Source: Octopus sinensis (lineage: Eukaryota). Taken from it: DNA of 64,000 bases. This document shows, in pieces, positions 53,826 through 64,000 of the stretch. Both the position numbers and the translations under genes were made by a program. The first letter of the stretch is position 1. Each line of letters begins with the position of its first letter. The notes beneath the pieces were generated by a model. It saw only the letters and a list, made by a program, of their open reading frames with translations, was not told the DNA's origin and ran no database searches. Location of the stretch: contig NC_043010.1 of NCBI RefSeq assembly GCF_006345805.1, forward strand, positions 23,312,001 through 23,376,000, written 5' to 3'.

Positions 53826-54790
53826 AGCGGCGAGCTGGCAGAAACGTTAGCACCCCGGGTGAAATGCTTAGCAGTATTTCGCCCGTCGCCATGTTCTGAG
53901 TTCAAATTCGCTGAGGTCGACTTTGCCTTTCATCCTTTCGGAGGTCGATAAATTAAGTACCAGTTGCGTACTGGGGTCGATCTAATCGACTGGCCCCCTC
54001 CCCTAAAATTTCGGACCTTGTGCCTAGAGAAGAAAAGAATATTTCTTGTGGAGGCCTAGTGTTTAGAGCAGCGGTCTCACGGTCGAGGGATCGCGTGTTC
54101 GAATCTCAGACCGAGTGATGTGTGTGTTTATGAGCGAAACACTTAAGCTCCACGCGGCTCCAGCATAAGGTAATGCTGAACTCCTGCTGAGCCTTTCGCC
54201 ACACCTTTCTCTCATTCTTTCCTCCTGCATCTAACAGCTCACCTGTGACGGACCGGTGACCCGTCCAGGTGGGGAAGCTATACGCCACTGAAACTGGGAA
54301 ACAGGCCCGTATGAACCAAGCATGGCTCGAGAAGGAACAAACAAGAACAACAACATTTCTTGATGTTAAGGCGACGAGCTGACAGAATCGTTAGTAAAGC
54401 GGGCGAAATACTTAACGTTGTGTAGTCTTTGCATTCTGAGTTGAAATCCTGCCAAGATTGACTTTGCCTTTCTTCTTTTTAGCGTCGATAAAATAAGTAC
54501 CAGTTGAGTATTGGGGTTGATGTAATCGACTCAACCCCTCCCCCGAAATTTCTGGCCTTGTACCAAAATTTGAAGCCAATATTCCTTGATATTAAGGTGG
54601 CGAGCTGGCAAAATCGTTAGAGCGCCGGAAAAAAGAAGCTTAGCGGCATTTCCTCCGTTTTTATGTCCTGCGTTCAAATTCCGCTGATGTCGTCTCAGCC
54701 TTTCATATATTCGGGGTCGATGAAATAAGAACCAGTTGAGCTCTGGGGCCGATGAAATCAGCTTACTTTCTTCCCTAAACTTGCTAGCCT
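53826..54790 (+). mobile_element. Nested SINE cluster (Meta-like with 17-bp TSD, tRNA-Arg-like SINE, two older Meta-like copies)
   Basis: TSD AATATTTCTTGTGGAGG at 53806-53822 and 54038-54054. Confidence 0.8.
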
Positions 54791-55411
54791 TGTGATGTGA
54801 ATCTCAATTTAAATACATCCCTATATTTTCTTGTAAAGACCCTTACGCAAACGAGATAATGCCCCAAAAATCCTAAACAACTTGAAATTCCAACAAATGG
54901 ATAGAATAAAGAAATACATCTAGCGCCAAAAACTACTACTTTGTTTGTGGTCCCATATATTTTTCTACCAAAAGGACTCGTTAACCTGTCTCATGGTTTC
55001 AGTTGACAAAGTATAAAAGGCGTTGTATCGGAGAATGGCGAAGGGGTTGCGCTGGAACGGCAGCTCTGAGTCACAGGCTTTACACTTGCGGATAGCCATC
55101 TCCGACTAGATAACTGTGAGCAAGGAAGTAGTCGGTAGGGAAGGGTGAGAGAATGCTGGAGGCCTCAACTACCACAAGGCTCTACCACAAACCCTTTCAG
55201 AGACGGCCAAAGCTTTGATAGTTTGCCCTTCTCGGGTAGATGAATAGTGGAGCCTGGGCTGATAGCTGAACACACCAAGTTTCCGAAGGTGTAGCAATAT
55301 ATGGAAACCCGGTTGAGAGACCTACCACGATAGAAAGGGAAAATTGCCATACCGTCAGGTGTAGTCCATCTTGTTGCATTTTTTATTTCCTTAAACCGTT
55401 CCTTACCATAC

Positions 55412-55801
55412 TTGTGGAGGCGCAATGGCCCAGTGGTTAGGGCAGCGGACTCGCGGTCGTAGGATCGCGGTTTCGATTCCCAGACCGGGCGTTGTGAGTG
55501 TTTATTGAGAGAAAACACCTAAAGCTCCACGAGGCTCCGGCAGGGGATGGTGGTGATCTCTGCTGTACTCTTTCACCACAACCTTCTCTCACTCTTACTT
55601 CCTGTTTCTGTTGTACCTGTATTTCAAGGGGCCGGCCTTGTCACTCTCTGTGTCACGCTGAATATCCCCGAGAACTACGTTAAGGGTGCACGTGTCTGTG
55701 GAGTGCTCAGCCATTTACACGTTAATTTCACGAGCAGGCTGTTCCGTTGATTCGGATCAACCGGAACCCTCGTCGTCGTAACCGACGGAGTGCTTCCATC
55801 A
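55412..55801 (+). mobile_element. Full-length tRNA(Arg-like) SINE with 12-bp TSD
   Basis: TSD TCCTTACCATAC at 55400-55411 and 55802-55813; A and B boxes in the head. Confidence 0.9.
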
Positions 55802-56033
55802 TCCTTACCATACAGCAACAACCTAAGCTTTCCACTCCCGTTAGTACTAGTTGGTCACCGTCCACTCAAGTAATTTCTTGACATCATGAGTCCGTCTTAT
55901 TTCATGACTGAACTGCAAGGGTGCCGTCATGGCACCACGGCCTATATCTGCTGGAATTCATCTCTCTCCATGTCTTACTGTGGTGCATTTCTTCTTCTTC
56001 TTCTCTTCTTCTTCTTCTTCTTCTTCTTCTTCT

Positions 56034-56064
<31 letters not shown>

Positions 56065-56152
56065 GAAGAACCAACGAGTATTATATTTATCGAGCCTGAT
56101 GGGAAGAAAGTTTAAAGTTGATTCTTCGAGATATGAACTCGCATTGCAGCGG

Positions 56153-56202
<50 letters not shown>

Positions 56203-56923
56203 TAGACAGACAGACAGACATACACACAGAAAGCTGTTCTAATACTTGATTAATATTCTATAACGATGAAAAGCAAAGTCAACTTTCGGCGGGATTCGAA
56301 CTCAGAATGAGTCGCAACAACTAACACAAAGTCATTTTGACTGACGCTCTACCGACTCTGCCGACTCTGTTTCTCCCAATATTTTGGCTCTAAATTTCCC
56401 TTGACTCTCTCCTTCTCCTTCGAGACTCTCTCTCTCTCTCTCTCTCTCGCTCTCTCTCCCTCATATCCTACATAACTCTCACCACCAACTTTCCTTTTCT
56501 ATCCTCCATTATCGTTTTACTTGTTCTTCACTTTCACTGTCGTTATTCTTGCTGTTGTTGATGTTGAAGTCGTTGTCATTGCCATTGATTTCAATGTTGT
56601 GATTGTTCTTATTGTTGTTGTAGATATCTATATTGCTGATATTGATTTTGTTGTTGCTACTGATTTCATGTTATTACTGGCGTTGTTGTTGTTGTTGTTG
56701 TTGTTGCTGTTGTTGTCGTTATCGTCATTGTCACTTGTGTTCATTCCAACCTATTTTGACCCTGAGTCATTCCCAATGAAAACCCATTAATCTCTATCAT
56801 TTTATGTCTTCTCATTGCTTACCTTTTCGTTTTTCTTTTCTCCTCTTCTTACTTTCGCTTTAACGTTGTTATCTCCAGCAGCTATTCAACATCGCCCTTC
56901 TTCTTCTTCTTCTTCTTCTTCTT

Positions 56924-56954
<31 letters not shown>

Positions 56955-56969
56955 TTATTATTATTATTA

Positions 56970-57025
<56 letters not shown>

Positions 57026-57299
57026 TATTATCACACCGTTTATTTATTTCATTTATTTATTCATTTATTCTTTTATCAAAAACAAAACAAAAAAATGCAT
57101 CTCTTCATTCATTTCTCTCTACTTTTGTTTTTTTCTTTCGAATTTTTTTTCTTTCAGTGAATTGGCTGAAGCATTAGAGCGTCAGATGGTTATGATTCGC
57201 AGCTCCTAGAGTTCAAATCTGGGCTGCGATCAACTCAGAATTTCTTTTTTTAGACTCGACAAATAAAAAAAAAATGCTAAACCGGTGGAAATATAAGAA

Positions 57300-57502
57300 C
57301 GGCGAGCTGGCAGAAACGTTAGCACGCCGGGCGAAATGCTTAGCTGTATTTCGTCTGCCGTTACGTTCTGAGTTCAAATTCCGCCGAGGTCGATAAATTA
57401 AGTACCAGTTACGCACTGGTGTCGATGTAATCGACTTAATCCCTTTGTCTCTCCTTGTTTGTTCCCTCTATGTTTAGCCCATTGTGAGCAATAAAGAAAT
57501 AA
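57300..57502 (+). mobile_element. Meta/MESC-like SINE with internal deletion
   Basis: Head as at 13238. Confidence 0.8.
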
Positions 57503-57914
57503 GGAAATATAAGCACGTCGGTCGGATGCTTTGCGGTCTTTGCTATGACTTCTTCCTTTCTGGGTTCAAAATTCACATCTCTTATTTAAGCGTCTATAGC
57601 TGTAGCGCAAGTGAAGTTAGGCCGAATGTAATGGCGTCTTCATGCATGTAGATAAATAACGACGTCTGACGAGAATCAGTGATGTCGTAATATAGGGATT
57701 CCCAGTCTCCTCACACTAGTGGACCAAGAATCGTATAAAGACACATTCGTCTGAACAGAGAAGTTATTCTCCAACGACGAAATACAACAGCGATTAGCAT
57801 ATTACAGTTCGAATCTGCTGTAACGTACAAAGAATGAAAATATACGTCATCACTGTGCGCAAGGCAATATATTACCGTATAGCGAAAATGCTACCGAGTT
57901 TTGTACTTTGTCTC

Positions 57915-58265
57915 AGGCACAGGCATAGCTGTGCGGTACGAAGATTGCTTCGCAACTAAATGGCTGCAAGTTCAGTCCCACTGCATGCCAATTGCGACAA
58001 GTGTCTTTTACTATGGCCTCAGGCCGACCAAAGTCTAGCGAGTGAATTTGTTTAGGCGGAGACTAAAAAAATCGTTTTCGTATAATTGTGTGTATGTGTG
58101 TGTGTTGGTTTACATACATCCCTGTAACATAGCGGTTCAACAAAGTTTCCGACAGAAAATGTATTGCACTTAAAAAGTTCAGAACAGGACTCAATTTGTT
58201 CGACTAAGTACTTGAAGGCCGTACCCCGGCATGGCCACATTCTAATACCTGAAGCAAGTAAGAGA
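57915..58265 (+). mobile_element. Diverged CORE-type SINE
   Basis: Recognisable head, CORE and tail. Confidence 0.7.
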
Positions 58266-58334
58266 TGAGATACCATACATGCAAGAACACACATACACAC
58301 ACACATATATACATACGCACACATACGGACATTA

Positions 58335-58413
<79 letters not shown>

Positions 58414-58584
58414 TATATATGTATATACATATATATATAATATTGAAATTATATAATGATTATTAATTTAATTATATTCTAATTAATCATTATGGTTACA
58501 TAATGATCTAATTAATTACATAACCGATTCGCGTATTACTTGCAAATCAGAAAGTCAGAAATACTTATGTTTTATCCTGTTACT

Positions 58585-58632
<48 letters not shown>

Positions 58633-58636
58633 ATAC

Positions 58637-58689
<53 letters not shown>

Positions 58690-59369
58690 TAACATCCTGA
58701 AACAATACCAGGCAGTGGCTCTCATAACTTCTGATCTTATTTCATTGGAAGTGTTAGCATGTACATTGTTTTGTCTTGGTGTGAAAGATGGGCTACAGCA
58801 AATATTCTGCTCAATACCACAGATGTCCCTTAGTGATTGACAATTTGTGCATCAAGTTTTACAAGCTTGCTTCCCTACCATATGGTTCCGGGTTCAGTCC
58901 CACTGCGTGGCACATTGAACAAGTGTCTTCTACTATATCCTCGGGCTGACCAGAGTCATATGAGTGAATTTGGTAGACGGAAACTGAAGGAAGACCATCC
59001 GCGAATCGGGGACGTGCGATACAAGTATATATCGTATATATACAAGTATATATCGTATACAAGTTTATATTGTATATATCGATACAAGTATATATCGTGC
59101 ATGCGCCAGTCAGCTCGTAGGATCGACTGCCTACGTCTGGCTAGCGCAGACGCGCGTCTGCGCGTGTGCGCAAACCGGAACCAGTCTAACAGCATTAATG
59201 AGCGAAATTTTTTTTGCCTTCACAAATTGGCGTACACTTTCTCTAGATTTAAATAACATCTAATTCTTCTACCAGTAACCTTTTAGCATTCATCTACATA
59301 GGACTGTACTATTGGTTCTTACAATTTATAATTTATAACTTTTGTGTCTCCATGTATGTGTTCTATATT

Positions 59370-59439
<70 letters not shown>

Positions 59440-59694
59440 ATACAAGGCACAAAAAGAAAATGACTCTCCCCAGACTGTCCCCCACCCCCATTGCTTGACA
59501 ACCGATGTTGGTGGTTTACGTCACCGTAACTTAACTTCAAATGCAGGATCTTTGTTTCAATTAATTTGAAAATAATATATAATTCTGAAGTTGGGGTTTG
59601 GAACATTAATTATTATGGAATTCCGATAGCTGTTCTAAAGTTATGTCACTTTAACCCTTTTGTTACCATATTTTTGTTGGAATACACTAAATTT

Positions 59695-59929
59695 ACATTA
59701 TTTACATTACTTACATTTGAATAATATTTGTCCTCATCTTCTTTGTTAACACAACGTTTCGACTGATATACCCTGCAGCTTTCATCAGGTGTCTTGGGGA
59801 AATTTCGAATCTGGGTGCTCATTCCTAATGCTGGAGAGTCTATCAGCCGAAACAACAAACAAGATGAGGACAAATATCCGTCAAATGTGATTAATGTATA
59901 TAATTCCTCATCTCTTAAATACAGAACTG
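59695..59929. mobile_element. 235-bp hammerhead-bearing fold-back insertion with 12-bp TSD
   Basis: TSD TACACTAAATTT at 59683-59694 and 59930-59941; inverted arms ~59705-59780 and ~59829-59900. Confidence 0.8.
59748..59793 (-). ncRNA. Minimal PLE-type hammerhead
   Basis: acac-CTGATGA-a-agctg[cagggtatat]cagtc-GAAACGTT-gtgt; base of stem II imperfect. Confidence 0.7.
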
Positions 59930-60344
59930 TACACTAAATTTGTTTCAATTTATTTTGAAGGTAATGAGTGATTTAGTAAAACAACTTTGCCAATCTTAAG
60001 CTGGGACTGAAGCATAAAATTAAAATGGAACTTTGATGGAAAGTTTAAATTTAGTTCACAATAAAACAGAAAGTTTTTATCATTGAATCAGGGACAGCAT
60101 TTACTTTTTATTTTCTGCTTAAAAAATTATAATTTATGGCGTTAGTTTGGAAAGGTCCTGCCTCTGTTGCTTACCCAGAGGACAAGTCTCCCTCACTCAG
60201 TAATCGGAAGTTTCTCGCATATGAATGGATATGTATGCTAGCATTTTCATAGATCAAAGATAGAACTACATCGATTGACCTTTAACACAACTGGAATATT
60301 AATTAAGTTTATTCAAAAATACTTGTAGTATATTATTACATACA

Positions 60345-60390
<46 letters not shown>

Positions 60391-61699
60391 TGTGTTTAGT
60401 TCTAGTGAACCAAACGCTTACATTAATTCTACTGCTCTCAAATTGATCTATATAAAATACAAAAAAAAAAGCAATTTTGTTTTGTGATCCCTCAAATGTC
60501 ATAAACAGAAATGGTAAAAAATTAACCGCAATGATGCAATTAGGTAAACCATCTGACATTAAAATTAGCTCAAATTTTGTTGTAAACCCCAAACGTGGAG
60601 TTGCTGTTTAATTCCCGGTGAATTCTGGTTCAGCAAAACAATTATTAAAGACGTTCAGTCTATAAGCGTCTCGTTTTGTTTTTCGTGGAGATGTAACATC
60701 TGTAGGACTTCATTAAGTCTTTCTACTTCAGGCACAAAACCCCGAAATGTTGTTGGGATGCGCAAGTCGATTATATCACCACACTCAGAGCTCAACACGT
60801 TCTTATTTTATCAAGCCGAAAAGAGGAAAAGTAAATTCGACCTCGGCAACAGGAATTCAAGACGTAAAACCGAGATAAATACCGCTAGACCAGCGCGGTA
60901 AGCAGTCTGCCTTGACTGCTCCTTGACTTAGGACTACCTTAATTAATTAAGGTCCTTCTTGTTATTTGGTCCTAGAACAACTTTGATTGAACAGACTTCT
61001 AATGAAAGGTATTCCAGCTTTTAGACTCCCTCTTTCATTGAAGCACAGTATCTCTAAATCTACATTATCCAATAAATTTGACAGTGTAATGTACTGGTTT
61101 CAGATTTTGCTACGAGGCCAGTAATTTCGGGGAAGGAAGTAGGTCGATTACATCGACTCCAGTATTTTACTGGTACTTATTTTATCGACCCCCAAAAGGA
61201 CGAAAGGCAAACTCGAGCTCGGTAGAATTTGAACTCAGAACGTGAAGAAAAATGAAATGGTGCTAAGCATTTTGGTCTACGTGCTAACGATTCTGCTTTT
61301 ACAGTTCCTTAGAAGCTAATATACTAAGGAACTGAATAGTTGGATCGTCGTTGGTGCTACCGACATGCACGTGGCGTGGTTTCGCTAAAGTTACAATGAA
61401 ACGTTGTAATCAGTTCAAATGTGGGAAAGTTCTTTGTTATAAACTAGCCAAAACCGGTGGATTTCAACCCGGAAGGAGCGTTTAATAAATGTTGGAATAA
61501 GTTTGATCGATGTTTCTCAAACAACACAAGGAAAAGAAAATTCCAATTTGACCAGGGGAGTACATTTAACAACAAATCTAAAACGTGTTTATTATTTACT
61601 TAAAAGGGCACCTATCATTTCACCTGACGTTTCGATACACGCATGCACACATACACAGATACATACGCACACACATACGCATACGCCTGCGCATTCAGT

Positions 61700-61915
61700 C
61701 ATTCTCGCAGACACTATAAAAATCTATAAAACTTTCCACAAGTTTATCATTTAAATTTATATGAACATGTCTAGATATGCAACTCTATGCATGAGAATAC
61801 ATACATAAAGCAAAACATACAAATCTGCACATACATACATACATACATACATACATACATACATACATACATACATACATACATACATACATACATACAT
61901 ACATACATACATACA
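61700..61915 (+). mobile_element. Third RLE-LINE 3' end with (CATA)n
   Basis: TIKIYKTFHKFII* plus a UTR similar to 21004-21110, then (CATA)n. Confidence 0.65.
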
Positions 61916-62200
61916 TGCATCCCAGCGGATGTGAATGTAACACCGAAAGCAATGCTCTTTCCCGCCTCTACTGCCATTCGGAATCAAGAACTGTTTCGTT
62001 ATTGAGCAAGCAATATGCCCGGCCTTCTACCTTTGCTGTTTGACTTTTATTATCAGGAAATACTAGAAGGCTTTCTTCAGTATGGTTGTTTCTTAGCTTT
62101 GAAGGAACGACCAAGTATTCAACATACAAGGACCAACTCTTCGCCTCCTTAAAGTGCAATCATGTATCCACACACACACACTAGCACACATGCACATATA

Positions 62201-62411
62201 CAAAGGGGTGCTGAAAATTCTTTGCTTTAAGGGTATCGCGAAAGGCTTGGTTGGCGACCCAACCTTCCGAGTTCTCATTCAGGGTTTAGAAAAACTGAAG
62301 GACCACTGCAATAAATGTGTGAATCTGTGAATATGTCGAAGAAACTCATAATTAAATGATCCTCTTGTATTTTAGTTTACCCCAAGCCAGGAATTTTTCA
62401 GCACCCCTTCG
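62201..62411 (+). mobile_element. Mariner-derived MITE
   Basis: TA-flanked TIRs C(A/G)AAGGGGTGCTGAAAA; internal remnant GLEKLKDHCNKCV resembles the mariner C-terminus. Confidence 0.8.
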
Positions 62412-62454
62412 TACGTATGGACATCTATCTTTTTATCTATCTATCTATCTATCC

Positions 62455-62582
<128 letters not shown>

Positions 62583-62620
62583 GTTTGTCTGCCTGCCTGT
62601 CTCCCCGCTCTCTCTCTCTC

Positions 62621-62651
<31 letters not shown>

Positions 62652-62711
62652 CAAGATATGTTAAAAATACTTTGTCTTTCCATCATTTGGTGTGTGTTTA
62701 TATATATATAT

Positions 62712-63085
62712 ATGGCTGTGTGGTAAGTAGCTTGCTTACCAACTACATGGTTCGGGTTCAGTCCCACTGCGTGGCACTTTGGGCAAGTGTCTTCTACTAT
62801 AGCCTCGGGCCGACCAAAGCCTTGTGAGTGGATTTGGTAGACGGAAACTGAAAAAGCCTGTCGTGTATATGTATATATTTATGTGTGTGTTTGTGTCTCT
62901 GTGTTTGTCCTCCCAACATCGCTTGCCAACCGATGCTCGTGTGTTCATGTCCCCGTAACTTAGCGGGGACATGAACAGTAGAATAAGTACTAGGCTTACA
63001 AAGAATAAGTCCTGGGGTCAATTTGCTCGACTAAAGGCGGTGCTCCAGCATGGCCGCAGTCAAATGACTGAAACAAGTAAAAGAG
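62712..63085 (+). mobile_element. CORE-type SINE, near full length
   Basis: Same family as 639-1074. Confidence 0.88.
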
Positions 63086-64000
63086 CAAAAAGAGAGAGTA
63101 AGAGTATATATATATATACATGTATGTATGTATGTATATGTCAATGGTGACTCCGGCAATCTGGTTGTTCGGGCTTAACCCGAGTATAAATTTAGTAATG
63201 TGAACGTGTATTTGCAGGCTGATTTAATTTCTGCCAACACTGGCTTCAAATATGTAATTTCAGCCAATAACTCGGGCTCTTTTTATTGAGCCTAGTCGCA
63301 GTTCAACTATTTTCCGTCAGCATCTGGCGGTCGACTTAGAGGTGCCCTGTCTCAAAAAATATCATTCGTAGCAGATGTTCTCATGACATCGTTCACACGC
63401 GTCTGAAGTTACAGCCCTAGTTCTTATCTATAATCGTAATAATTAAAAGTAATTGAAATTCGATGATTTCTTGAAATGATAAATTTCTATAGAGATTAGG
63501 ATTTAAATTTCAATCTACGAATAGTTTCCGTTCTACAATATTCGAAAAGGAACGAAAAATCCAGCAACTCGGGTTGATACGAACAAGCCTGGTAGGTAAA
63601 AAGACTAACTGACATATCTTGTCTGGAGAAAGTCGGATCGGTGATGTTTGTTGTGCACTCTGCTTTCATTATTTGATTGCTGTTATACAGTAACTCGGGT
63701 TAATACGAACGAGCCTGGTAGGTGAAAAGGTCCAACTGATATCTCGTATCAAGAGTACACTCGCCAATCAGATCGCTGATGTTTGACGCTCACTCCGCTT
63801 TTATTATTTGATTGCTGTTTTTCTGTGCATCTGTGTGTAAAGGTCAGTTGTATTTTGCATGGTTGTCTTATTTTATCCTTAACTTAGAAATGGAGAAAGA
63901 CATGGTGCTAGATATAAAAAAATAAGCCATTTGGGGTTAGAAATATTGCGGTAAAACGCGAGGCATTCTTTCGTTTGAAGCAGCAAACTTGCTTACTGTT

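Noticed and set aside
55415-55490. tRNA-Arg gene (also 23096)
   Set aside because: It is the head of a SINE with body, tail and TSD; the cloverleaf is imperfect.
54960-55990. GC-richer host sequence around the SINE as an RTE 5' UTR with an HDV-like ribozyme
   Set aside because: I could not fold an HDV double pseudoknot or find an adjacent ORF by eye.
57660-57710. CTGACGA-gaatc...gattc as a hammerhead
   Set aside because: Stem II-like pairing is present but no GAAA or stem III follows.
61615-61640. GAAACGTC half-hammerhead on minus
   Set aside because: CUGANGA half absent; too short to call.

Overview
Repeat-dense, AT-rich animal genomic DNA with no recognisable host exon. The SINE, LINE and microsatellite content points to an octopus (coleoid cephalopod) genome; this is an inference. 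Almost all ORFs in the track are microsatellite artefacts. Supported content: a decayed mariner, a mariner-derived MITE, a near-full-length Penelope-like element (PLE: RT plus C-terminal GIY-YIG, inverted pseudo-LTR), several CR1-type LINE fragments, 3' ends of an RLE-type (R4/Dong-like) LINE, a Helitron-like element, many tRNA-derived SINEs, a 5S pseudogene, a 1.68-kb tandem duplication, a 1.3-kb inverted duplication and an assembly gap with an unmerged overlap. The most interesting signal is about 15 type I hammerhead-ribozyme (HHR) motifs from at least 11 apparently unrelated sequence families. They lie in short non-coding elements that often show a 'unit + partial repeat + inverted tail' architecture and mostly sit in (TA)n tracts. 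Most have a palindromic or near-palindromic stem III, several have long stem II insertions, and three have a CCGAUGA core variant. They look like a diversified population of PLE-mobilised, retrozyme-like fold-back elements. All folds and alignments were done by eye, and SINE/LINE boundaries are approximate.
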